NCBI GenBank assembly: GCA_903912525.1
Contig: CAIWHK010000049.1
Coordinates: 21,269 to 85,268 of the forward strand
Direction of reading: 5' to 3'
DNA from: an uncultured bacterium
GTDB taxonomy: Bacteria > Krumholzibacteriota > Krumholzibacteriia > LZORAL124-64-63
DNA: 64,000 nt
Part shown: in pieces, positions 10,397 to 18,727 of the stretch
Layout: every line of letters starts with the position of its first letter
How positions within the stretch are numbered: position 1 is the stretch's first letter
Made by a program: the position numbers and the translations under genes
Notes under the pieces: generated by a model
Databases searched by the model: none
What the model was told of the DNA's origin: nothing
Seen by the model: only the letters and a program-made list of their open reading frames with translations

Positions 10397-10420
10397 GGGA
10401 CGCCGGATCCCCGGCGTCCC
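10397..10420 (-). terminator. GC hairpin (GGGACGCCGG-atcc-CCGGCGTCCC) downstream of the HesB-like gene pair
   Basis: 10-bp perfect stem with 4-nt loop; on the minus strand it is followed by UUCCCGUU; lies 27 nt after the stop at 10447. Confidence 0.4.
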
Positions 10421-10446
10421 CATACGCATACACCATCACGCGTCGG

Positions 10447-10791
10447 TCAGCCGCACCCGCTGCAACCGCCACTGGAGCAGTCGGCGCCGGGCTTGCCGAG
10501 CTTCAGCATGTAGCCGCGGCGGTGGTTTTCGTCGATGAAGTCGATGGTCAGGCCGCCGCTTTGCTGCACGATCTCGCGCGTCTGGGCGTCCAGCATGAAT
10601 TTGATCCCGTTCGATTCGACGACCGCGTCGTCACCTGCAAGCTCATCCAGAGCCATGCCGATACTGGGGCCGCCTCAGCCAAAGCCCTGCACGAACAGTC
10701 GCACGCCTTTGCCGGCGTGTTCGGTCCAGTTGAACGTGCCGAAGGCCTCGTTCGCGCTGGCCGAGACGTTGATGAGTTCCTGATCGCTCAC
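10447..10791 (-). CDS. HesB/IscA-like A-type Fe-S carrier with in-frame TGA (candidate selenocysteine) at 10675-10677, i.e. a putative HesB-like selenoprotein
   Basis: Translation from GTG at 10791 gives 'VSDQELINVSASANEAFGTFNWTEHAGKGVRLFVQGFG*GGPSIGMALDE...GKPGADCSSGGCSGCG'. It aligns residue-for-residue with the upstream paralog ('...GKGVRLFVQGMGCSGPSIGMALDE...'), with TGA exactly at the conserved GCSG cysteine. Conservation continues in frame after the TGA. Confidence 0.5.
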
Positions 10792-11017
10792 GTCAGGTGT
10801 CCTTTCGGAGGCGATGGGCCCGCCGGGCAACATCGCGTTCAGGCGGGGCCCGTGTCCCCGCGGCCATTACCCCGCAAATGTGGCCGACGGCGGCCGGTCG
10901 CGCCACCCCGGGTTATCGGCAGCCGCCGGGATTCCTGAACGACAAGGCCCGGGGCGCAAGGGGCACTCCGGGCCTTGGAACAGTCGATCGGGGCGGTTTC
11001 CCGCCCCCGGGGCCGGC

Positions 11018-11368
11018 TCAGCCGCAGCCGCTGCAGCCGCCGGTCTTGCAGTCGCCGGGCTTGCCGAGGGTCAGCAGGTAACCGCGGCGCTCTTCCTCTT
11101 CGATGAAATCCACGCTCAGGCCGCCGCCCTGGCGCAGGATCTCCTGCGTCTGGGCGTCGATCATGAAGCGGACACCCGCCTGCTCGACCACTTCGTCATC
11201 GGCCGTCGCCTCGTCGAGCGCCATGCCGATGCTCGGGCCGCTGCAGCCCATGCCCTGGACGAACAGGCGCACGCCCTTGCCCTCGTGGGCCGACCAGTCG
11301 AAGCCGCCGAAGGCGCGGCCGGCGTTGTCCGTAATCGTCAGCAAAGCCGTCTTTTCCAGGTTTTCCAC
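11018..11368 (-). CDS. HesB/IscA-like A-type Fe-S carrier (Cys-containing paralog)
   Basis: 'LTITDNAGRAFGGF...GKGVRLFVQGMGCSGPSIGMALDEA...FMIDAQ...DFIEEEERRGYLLTLGKPGDCKTGGCSGCG', IscA fold pattern with an unusual CxxGGCxGCG tail; GTG start with AAAGGA RBS. Confidence 0.6.
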   Translation of the reverse strand: MENLEKTALLTITDNAGRAFGGFDWSAHEGKGVRLFVQGMGCSGPSIGMALDEATADDEVVEQAGVRFMIDAQTQEILRQGGGLSVDFIEEEERRGYLLTLGKPGDCKTGGCSGCG

Positions 11369-11489
11369 GGTCCCGGGTCCTTTCGGGTTTCGCACGACCG
11401 GCGGGCCGGGCCGGTGCCGGCGCGGGCCGGGTGGGCGCGCGCAGGCGGCCAATATCGCCCGGGAGGCCCGTTTCCGCCAATCAGGACTG

Positions 11490-12341
11490 TTAGTGTCCCC
11501 GCTTGTCGCTGCGGCCGTCGCCCTCGCCCGGCGGGTCATCCGGGTGGCTGCCGGGCTGCTCGCGACGGTAGACCATGGTCATGGCCAGGTCGCCCTCCTT
11601 GCCCGGCATGTGGCGGACCTCGCGCACGGTCAGGACCTGCTTGTCGGCGCTCAGCATGAACTGGCGGGTGCGCATGACGCGGCCGTCGGGATTGCGCTCG
11701 GTCACCACCATCGCCTCGCCTTCCCAGACGGCGGCGGCCTTCATCGAACCGCGGGGGGTGAAGACCTCGGTCGGCTGGCCGCCCACCTTCAGCACGCGCG
11801 AGATCTGCATGCCGTCGGTCAGGTCGAACTCGTCGCCGTCGTGGAAGATCTCCAGGCGCCCGAACTCGCGGCCGGCCTTCCGGCCCTCGGCTTCCTGGCG
11901 TTCCTTTTCGGGTCGGTCCGAGCCGTCGAAGCCTTCGCCGGGCATCGTACCCTGGTTCGGGTCGATGGCCGGTCCGCGCGGGCGTCCGCCGCGTCCACCC
12001 ATGGCGCCGCCGCCGGGGCCGCGCCCGCCGGGCATGTCGTTGAGCTTGGCCGGGTCGTCGCTGGCCCTGGGGTCGATGCGCCAGGCGCCCGAGAAATTCG
12101 CGCGCGGCCGGCTCGCGGGCGTGGCCACGCCGGCCGTGGGCGCGCCGCTGCCGGCGACGCCGCCGGAAGCCACCGGGGCCGCGGGACCCGCCGAAGTCGC
12201 CGGGTTGGCCGGGGTGACGGGAGTCGGGGGCGTCGGCCGGGGCGCGGCGGCCCCGTCCTGGGCGAAGGCGGCCGCAGTCGTCAGCAGCAGGGCCAGGCCC
12301 AGCGGCAGGGCCGCGCGGCGCAGCAGGGAAGAGGTCGACAT
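11490..12341 (-). CDS. secreted hypothetical protein (low-complexity Pro/Ala/Gly N-region, conserved C-terminal domain)
   Basis: Signal peptide MSTSSLLRRAALPLGLALLLTTAAAFA; continuous ORF. Confidence 0.45.
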   Translation of the reverse strand: MSTSSLLRRAALPLGLALLLTTAAAFAQDGAAAPRPTPPTPVTPANPATSAGPAAPVASGGVAGSGAPTAGVATPASRPRANFSGAWRIDPRASDDPAKLNDMPGGRGPGGGAMGGRGGRPRGPAIDPNQGTMPGEGFDGSDRPEKERQEAEGRKAGREFGRLEIFHDGDEFDLTDGMQISRVLKVGGQPTEVFTPRGSMKAAAVWEGEAMVVTERNPDGRVMRTRQFMLSADKQVLTVREVRHMPGKEGDLAMTMVYRREQPGSHPDDPPGEGDGRSDKRGH

Positions 12342-12511
12342 CGCATCCTCCGGGTCGCGTGGAAGGCGGACGGGTGGCGGCCATCGCCAAAGGAGTGCCA
12401 ACGCCCGCGGGCGCGTGGCGGTTCCCGGCGCCCGCATGATATGATGCCCCTACAACGCGGGACGGGCAAGCAACCAGCGATCGACAAGACGACCCCCAAC
12501 GGAGAGACGCG

Positions 12512-13198
12512 ATGCCGACCACCTACTTCCAGGCCGACCTGTTCACGTTCCTGCGCGAACTTGCGGCGAACAACGACCGCGCCTGGTTCGAGGAGAACCG
12601 CGACCGTTACCAGGAATCGGTGCGCGAACCCGCGCTGCGGTTCATCGTCGACTTCGGCGAGCACCTCGCGCGCATCAGCCCGCACTTCCGCGCCGACCCG
12701 CGGCCGCAGGGCGGCTCGCTGTTCCGCATCAACCGTGACATCCGCTTCTCGCACGACAAGTCGCCCTACAAGACGCACATCGGGTTGCACTTCCGGCACG
12801 CCGCCGGCAAGGATGCGCACACGCCGGGCTTCTACCTGCACCTCGAGCCGCGCGCATCGTTCGTGGGCGTGGGGTTGTGGCACCCGGACACGCCGACGTT
12901 GGCGAAGCTGCGCACGGCCGTCGTCGCCGATCCCGCCGCGTGGAAGAAGGCCGTCGGCGGCAAGCGCTTCACGACCGCGTTCACGGTGTCGGGCGACGAA
13001 CTGGTGCGCGTGCCGCGCGGCTACGATGCGAACCATCCGCTGGCCGACGTGCTGCGCCTGAAGGACTACACCGCGTTTGCGCCGGTGACGGCGAAACAGG
13101 TGACCGGGCCGGCGTTCCTGGGCGAGTTCGCGACGCTGTGCGCCGACGCGGCGTCGTTCATGGCCTGGCAGTGCCGGGCGCTGGACATCCCGTTCTAG
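12512..13198 (+). CDS. DUF2461 family protein (TIGR02453)
   Basis: 'FLRELAANNDRAWFEENRDRY...FRINRDIRFSHDKSPYKTH...GFYLHLEP' is the characteristic DUF2461 sequence. Confidence 0.75.
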   Translation: MPTTYFQADLFTFLRELAANNDRAWFEENRDRYQESVREPALRFIVDFGEHLARISPHFRADPRPQGGSLFRINRDIRFSHDKSPYKTHIGLHFRHAAGKDAHTPGFYLHLEPRASFVGVGLWHPDTPTLAKLRTAVVADPAAWKKAVGGKRFTTAFTVSGDELVRVPRGYDANHPLADVLRLKDYTAFAPVTAKQVTGPAFLGEFATLCADAASFMAWQCRALDIPF

Positions 13199-13220
13199 GA
13201 ACCTTCCCCGATATGCAGAA

Positions 13221-13256
13221 ACCTCCCCGCCGGCCGAAGCCGACGGGGAGGTTTTG
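13221..13256. terminator. bidirectional intrinsic terminator between convergent genes (CCUCCCCG...CGGGGAGG + UUUU)
   Basis: 8-bp GC stem and a T-tract on the plus strand; sits between the DUF2461 gene (+) and the T9SS cargo gene (-). Confidence 0.55.
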
Positions 13257-13301
13257 CGCTCAGGAGTCCGGACCCGGGCAGGGCCCGGAATCGTCCGATC
13301 C

Positions 13302-15293
13302 TTACTTCACCAGCTGCATCGAACGGACCTGCATGACTTCCTTGCCGATGCGCAGGCGGGCGAAGTAACTGCCGCTCGCCACGCTCTTGCCGGCGTCATC
13401 AGTGCCGTTCCAGCTCACGTCGTACGTGTTCGCGGGCAGGCTGTCCTGGATCAGGGTCCGGACCTTCTCGCCGCGGATGTTGTACACGTTCAGCTGGACC
13501 AGGTTGTTCTTGGTCACGACGAACTTGATGCTCGTCTGCGGGTTGAACGGGTTCGGGCTGATCGACTTGAAGCCGCCCAGCTTCTCGATCGTCGGGATGT
13601 CGTTGCCGACGCCCGACGGGCCGTTCACCAGCGCGATGAACGAGTCATCGGCCGGCCGCAGCTTGAAGTTGCCGAACTCGTAGTCGACGAACGAATTGAC
13701 GGTGATCCAGTTGCCCGGGTGCGGCGTGTAGGCCAGCACGGGGTACGGATCCACGAACACGGTGTCGGCCAGGGCCGCGGTGTCGGAGATCTGGAACTCG
13801 TGGTACTGGGCCAGACCGGCGGTGTCCATGACCGCGGCGTTGTACGTCTGCACCCAGACGCTCTCCCAGGCCTCGCCCAGGGCGCCGTTGCCGTCCGACG
13901 ACGTCATGTCGTCGTTCAGCACGCGCGTGTGGACGCGGGCCGGGACCGGCAGGGCCTGGCCGAAGCTGACCAGGTTGACGGCCTCGGCGTTGTGGGGCAG
14001 CATCTCGGTCAGGCCGAAGTACTCGCCGCCCTTGCCGCCGATCTCGACGACGTCACCCTGGTAGTACGGGTACTTGCCCGAGCCTTCGTACACCAGCACG
14101 CCGCCGAAGGCGTAGCTGCTGGTGGCCGGGTTCACGGCGAGCTCCTGCACAACAAACTTGCTGGCGGCGTTGGTCGCGGCGCCCGTGCCCGCGGTGACGA
14201 CACCCTTGATGTTCAGGAACTTGTTGTTGAACGCGTTCGACTGCGAGGTGCTGTCGGGGTGCGCGTACTGCATCGCATAGATCGACTGGAAGCCGACCGC
14301 GAAGGTGAAGAACGACGTCGGCGCGTTGCCGGGGTTCTTCACGGTCTGCGCGCCGGTGTCCGTCGTCTGGATGTAGAAGTCGACCTGGCTCGCCGAATGG
14401 GCGCCCGGGACCGTGGCCGAATAGGTGCTGCCAGCAGCCGACATGGACAGCTGGTTCCAGCCGCCCGGCGTCACGCCGTCGCTGTTCCGGTAGAACAGGT
14501 AGGCCGACGTGATGCCGGCGTTGTCGACGATGTTGGCCGACACGGTGACGGCCGTCGTGGACAGCGGGCACCAGTTGTTGCAGTTGACCGCCGTGATCAC
14601 GGGAGCGGTGTCGCCGCCCGGGTTCTCGATGAGGTCGGTCTGCAGCACGGGCTTGATCTCGATCTGCGTGTTGAACGTCACGACCGGGCCCGAGAACTGG
14701 AAGAGGTCGCCGACGGCCACGTTGCCGACGTCGATCTGGCAGTCCTTGTCGCAGTAGACCAGGATGGAGTCCGTCAGGGACGTGGGCGCCCCGGTCTTGA
14801 CCCAGATGTTCGCCGAGACCAGGGGCGGCGTGCCCGAGGTCGTCTTGCGGGCGACGGTGCCGACGATGGCGCCGTAGTGGCCCACGTTCTCGTAGGACGA
14901 CATCGTCTGGGCGATGGTCTTGAGCTCGGGGGTCAGCGGATGCGGGCCGGCCGAGATCAGGGTGTAGTTGGTGACGTTGATCTGGATCTCGCCGCTGAAC
15001 GAAGCGACCAAACCGGTCACGGAGACTTCGTCGCCGATCGCGACCGCGTCGCCGGTGCCGCCGAACAGCGAGATGCCGGGGCCGCCGACGCCGATCAGGT
15101 AGCCGGAGCCGGTGCTGTACTTGTGGTACTCGAGCAGGGTGCCCGAGACCGTGACGGTCTGGCCCATGTACGGGGTAGCCGGGACGCCGGCCACCGTGTA
15201 GACCTGGATCTCATCGATGGTCACGGCAAAGGCGAAGCTGCTCGCCAGGGCCATGATCATCAGGATTGCCACGCCAAAAAGATGCTTTTTCAT
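13302..15293 (-). CDS. secreted protein with C-terminal T9SS sorting domain (Ser/Thr/Asn/Val-rich cargo of unknown function)
   Basis: Signal peptide MKKHLFGVAILMIMALASSFAFA; C-terminal 'SISPNPFNPQTSIKF...NVYNIRGEKVRTL...SGSYFARLRIG...MQLVK'; AAGGAGG RBS. Confidence 0.75.
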   Translation of the reverse strand: MKKHLFGVAILMIMALASSFAFAVTIDEIQVYTVAGVPATPYMGQTVTVSGTLLEYHKYSTGSGYLIGVGGPGISLFGGTGDAVAIGDEVSVTGLVASFSGEIQINVTNYTLISAGPHPLTPELKTIAQTMSSYENVGHYGAIVGTVARKTTSGTPPLVSANIWVKTGAPTSLTDSILVYCDKDCQIDVGNVAVGDLFQFSGPVVTFNTQIEIKPVLQTDLIENPGGDTAPVITAVNCNNWCPLSTTAVTVSANIVDNAGITSAYLFYRNSDGVTPGGWNQLSMSAAGSTYSATVPGAHSASQVDFYIQTTDTGAQTVKNPGNAPTSFFTFAVGFQSIYAMQYAHPDSTSQSNAFNNKFLNIKGVVTAGTGAATNAASKFVVQELAVNPATSSYAFGGVLVYEGSGKYPYYQGDVVEIGGKGGEYFGLTEMLPHNAEAVNLVSFGQALPVPARVHTRVLNDDMTSSDGNGALGEAWESVWVQTYNAAVMDTAGLAQYHEFQISDTAALADTVFVDPYPVLAYTPHPGNWITVNSFVDYEFGNFKLRPADDSFIALVNGPSGVGNDIPTIEKLGGFKSISPNPFNPQTSIKFVVTKNNLVQLNVYNIRGEKVRTLIQDSLPANTYDVSWNGTDDAGKSVASGSYFARLRIGKEVMQVRSMQLVK

Positions 15294-15592
15294 CCTTCCG
15301 GCCTCCTTCGCGCAATGAAGGTGAACGTCTCTTCAGTCATTTCTGAGTAGTCTCGTCAAGTGCATGAACCAGAAGTGGAAAGGAAATCCTCCACGCAGTC
15401 GAACGATCGGGCCCGGGCCCGGGAACGCCTTCCCGAAGCACTGCGGTTACTCCCGCACCGTCCAGCCGCCCGAGACCAGGATACGTCCCCGCGGAATTGC
15501 GGGGTGGGCGATCCTGGACCGAGGCCGCAATCATACCATATTCCGCAGGGAATGCGAAAAAAGTTCTGCTAATTATATGTCAATTCGACAAA

Positions 15593-17203
15593 TTACAAGT
15601 CCGTGATCAAGAGCGAACGACCCGTCATTTCAACAGGTTGCGAAAGCCCCAGCAGTTCCAGGATGGTTGGGGCGATGTCGGCCAGACCCGCCTCTCCGGT
15701 CCGCAGGATTCCTGACCTGCCGGCGTACTGCCGACCGGCCAGGATGAAGGGTACCCGGCTGAGCGAATGCTGGGTCAGGACCTCGCCGTCGGGGCTGAGC
15801 ATTTCATCACAATTGCCGTGGTCGGCCGTCACCAGCCAGGTGGTGCCGCGGGCCAGGCTCGGGGGCATGATCTCGCCCAGGAGGCGATCCAGCGTACGGA
15901 ACGCGCTGACGGCCGCCTCGTAGATGCCGGTGTGCCCGACCATGTCGCCGTTGGCGAAGTTGACCACGATCAGGTCGAAGTCATTGCTCGCGCAGGCCTG
16001 GGCCACGACCGCCGCCACTTCGGGGGCGCTCATCTCGGGCTGCAGGTCATAGGTGGCGACCTTCGGTGACGGCACCAGGCGGCGGACCTCGCCCGGCCAG
16101 GGTTCCTCGCGGCCCCCGTTGAAGAAGTAGGTCACGTGGGCGTACTTCTCGGTCTCGGCGGTGCGCAGGTTGCGCAGGCCGGCGTTCGCCATGACCTCGG
16201 CCAGGCCGTTGCGCGGCGCCTCGGACGAGTACTGCGACGGCAGGTCCAGCTTCTCGTCGTAGGGGGTCATCGTCAGGTAGTGCACGCGGGGGCGCCGCGC
16301 GATGGGGAAGCCGTCGAAGCCGTCCTGCCTGAAGGCCCAGGTCAGCTCGCGGGCGCGGTCGGCCCGGAAATTCCAGAAGAAGATGCCATCGCCGTCCTGC
16401 ACCGTCGCCAGCGGGGCGCCGGCTTCGTCGGTGATGACGGTCGGGGCCATGAACTCGTCGGTGACGCCGGCCGCGTAGGAGTCGGCGACCGCCTGCACGG
16501 CGTCCTGGGCGCGCAGGCCCTTGTCGTCGATGACGCCGTCGACGATCAGGTTCCAGGCGCGCACGACGCGCTCCCACCGCTTGTCGCGATCCATCCCCCA
16601 GTAGCGTCCGCAGACGGTGGCGATGCGCCCGGCGCCGATGCGGTCCAGTTGCGCCTGCAGTTCCTCGAGGTAGCCGCGGCCGCTGCGGGGATCGGTGTCG
16701 CGCCCGTCCAGGAACGCGTGCACGAAGATCTCGCGGAAACCGGCCTTTTTCGCCTGTTCGATGATGCCGTAGAGGTGCTCGGTGTGCGAATGCACGCCGC
16801 CGGGCGAGACCAGGCCCAAGAGGTGCAGGCGGCCGGTGTCCTTGATGCAGGCGTCGGCGAAGTTCTTCCAGCCCGGGCGCGTGGCGAACTCGCCCTCGTC
16901 GAGGCTGCGGCTGATGCGCACCAGTTCCTGGTTGATGACGCGACCGGCGCCGATGGTCAGGTGCCCGACCTCGCTGTTGCCCATCTGCCCCTCGGGCAGG
17001 CCCACGTCCAGGCCGCAGGCGTTCAGCGTCGTGAACGGGTAGTCGCGCAGCAGCGATTCGTAGTAGGCGGGATGGGCGCCGATGACGGCGTTGCCGCGCT
17101 CGCGGTCGGGGTCGGTGCGGTAGCCCACGCCGTCGAGGATGCACAGGACGACCTTCGGGGCGCCCGGATCGGTGGTGTTGTCCAGCGGGTCAACGTGGGT
17201 CAT
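15593..17203 (-). CDS. gpmI: 2,3-bisphosphoglycerate-independent phosphoglycerate mutase
   Basis: Full-length iPGM; 'NSEVGHLTIGAGR', 'GGVHSH', 'ADHGN' motifs. Confidence 0.9.
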   Translation of the reverse strand: MTHVDPLDNTTDPGAPKVVLCILDGVGYRTDPDRERGNAVIGAHPAYYESLLRDYPFTTLNACGLDVGLPEGQMGNSEVGHLTIGAGRVINQELVRISRSLDEGEFATRPGWKNFADACIKDTGRLHLLGLVSPGGVHSHTEHLYGIIEQAKKAGFREIFVHAFLDGRDTDPRSGRGYLEELQAQLDRIGAGRIATVCGRYWGMDRDKRWERVVRAWNLIVDGVIDDKGLRAQDAVQAVADSYAAGVTDEFMAPTVITDEAGAPLATVQDGDGIFFWNFRADRARELTWAFRQDGFDGFPIARRPRVHYLTMTPYDEKLDLPSQYSSEAPRNGLAEVMANAGLRNLRTAETEKYAHVTYFFNGGREEPWPGEVRRLVPSPKVATYDLQPEMSAPEVAAVVAQACASNDFDLIVVNFANGDMVGHTGIYEAAVSAFRTLDRLLGEIMPPSLARGTTWLVTADHGNCDEMLSPDGEVLTQHSLSRVPFILAGRQYAGRSGILRTGEAGLADIAPTILELLGLSQPVEMTGRSLLITDL

Positions 17204-17218
17204 GCCATCTCCAGGTCT

Positions 17219-17587
17219 TCAGTCGGGGTCGAAACTGCCGGCGGGCACCTGCCACAGCTCGGTCTCGCCGAGCGCGGCCAGGATCATGTCGGCCAGGGGA
17301 TAGGTGTCCAGGTTCGGGTCGGGCGCGCCGTCGGGTCGCGTTTCGAGACCGGCCCCCGCCTGCAGGACCGCGCGCGTGATCTCGCGCCCGTCCGGCAGCA
17401 GCTGGGTCACGCGCAGGCGGCCGCGGCGGACCAGGTACACCGCCGGGACGGTGGCGTGCAGCAGCTGGTCCGGGGCCAGGGGCATCAGGCGCCGCACCTG
17501 GGCCAGCTTGCCGGCCAGGTCGGGCTGCCGCGAGAACAGGTGTTCGTCGCGCCGCAGGCTCAGCAGGGGGGCGGGTTCAGCGGGCAC
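17219..17587 (-). CDS. small cyclic-nucleotide-binding (Crp-like cNMP) domain protein, no HTH
   Basis: β-roll-like pattern 'VYLVRRGRLRVTQLLPDGREITRAVLQAG'; only 122 aa. Confidence 0.4.
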   Translation of the reverse strand: MPAEPAPLLSLRRDEHLFSRQPDLAGKLAQVRRLMPLAPDQLLHATVPAVYLVRRGRLRVTQLLPDGREITRAVLQAGAGLETRPDGAPDPNLDTYPLADMILAALGETELWQVPAGSFDPD

Positions 17588-17753
17588 GGAAGGGTCTCCA
17601 CTCGCTTGCCGGGGTTCAGGTTGCGTCGATCACAGGATACGCCCGGCGGGGGCCGGCGCAAACCGGAATCGCCGGTCGGCGGGCCGTTCGGCCTGCCCCA
17701 CAATTTTGTTGTTGCGGACCTATATCGGACGAGGTTAGTATTAATTTCGCAAT

Positions 17754-17766
17754 ATTGATTTTCAAT
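17754..17766. promoter_or_regulatory. inverted repeat ATTGA-N3-TCAAT in an AT-rich divergent promoter region (candidate operator)
   Basis: Read directly; lies between the cNMP-domain gene (-) and the sco1-cox operon (+). Confidence 0.25.
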
Positions 17767-17907
17767 TTCGTGGTCAATGGGGCCCGGGGCGGGCCGGATT
17801 GACGGGCGAAAACGGGCTCCCTGCGGGCGGCCCATGACGGGGACCGAGGGCGGACGCCAACGGCGCCGCGGGAGCAGGGGCGGGACGTGAAGGGTGGGGC
17901 CGGAGGC

Positions 17908-18723
17908 ATGATGACCAAGCGCGCACACACGAGCAGCGGCCTGGCCGCGGTGTTGGCGTTGACGGCGCTGCTGGCGTCGTCGACGGCGCCGTCGCCTGCG
18001 CGGGCGCAGCTGAACGAGGAAGCGGTCGAGTACCAGGAGCACCTGGGCGGGATCGTGCCGGGCGACATCGTCCTGAAGGACGAGCAGGGGCTGCCCGTCA
18101 CCACGGGCGACCTCTTCGACAAGCCGACCATCCTCATGATGGTCTACTACGACTGCCCGGGCATCTGCACGCCGCTGCTGAACGAAGTCGCGGACATCCT
18201 GGGCAAGAGCCAGATGGACCCGACGAAGCAGCCGTTCCAGCTGGTCGCCGTCAGTATCAAGCCGACGGACACGCCCGAGACGGCGAAACAGAAGCGGGCC
18301 AACTACCTGAAGCTGGTGGGCCGGCCGCTGCCCGAGTCGACCTGGCGGTTCATGACCGCGGACCAGCCGTCGATCGACCGCATCACCGGCGCCGTCGGCT
18401 TCCGCTACAAGAGCGCCGGAAGCGAGTTCACGCATCCAGCCGGCCTGGTGATCCTGGCGCCCGACCGCAAGATCACGCGCTACCTGATAGGCAACGAGTT
18501 CCTGCCGTTCGACTTCCAGATGGGCATCTACGAGGCCTCGCGCGGGACGGTCATGCCGACCACCGCGAGGCTGATCAAGATGTGCTTCAGCTACGATCCG
18601 GAAGGCCGGACCTACGTCTTCAACATCATGCGGGTGACCGCGTTCGTGATGCTGACGACGCTGGTCGTCTTCGGTGCGTTCCTGTACTACACGACCCGCC
18701 GCAAGCGGCGCGGGGAGGGTTGA
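17908..18723 (+). CDS. sco1: SCO1/SenC copper chaperone for cytochrome c oxidase
   Basis: 'YYDCPGICTP' CxxxC thioredoxin-like motif; C-terminal TM anchor; immediately upstream of ctaD. Confidence 0.8.
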   Translation: MMTKRAHTSSGLAAVLALTALLASSTAPSPARAQLNEEAVEYQEHLGGIVPGDIVLKDEQGLPVTTGDLFDKPTILMMVYYDCPGICTPLLNEVADILGKSQMDPTKQPFQLVAVSIKPTDTPETAKQKRANYLKLVGRPLPESTWRFMTADQPSIDRITGAVGFRYKSAGSEFTHPAGLVILAPDRKITRYLIGNEFLPFDFQMGIYEASRGTVMPTTARLIKMCFSYDPEGRTYVFNIMRVTAFVMLTTLVVFGAFLYYTTRRKRRGEG

Positions 18724-18727
18724 TCCG

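Noticed and set aside
10792-11017. Possible tRNA or tRNA-Sec in the 226-bp spacer between the two HesB-like genes
   Set aside because: No cloverleaf could be built by eye. There is no T-loop GTTCRANYC and no acceptor/CCA arrangement. The GTTCGATTC at about 10600 lies inside the coding sequence.
13302-15293. Horizontal acquisition of the 13302-15293 gene based on lower GC
   Set aside because: The GC content is still about 63-65%, and the shift is explained by the Asn/Thr/Tyr-rich protein composition. No flanking mobile-element signatures are present.
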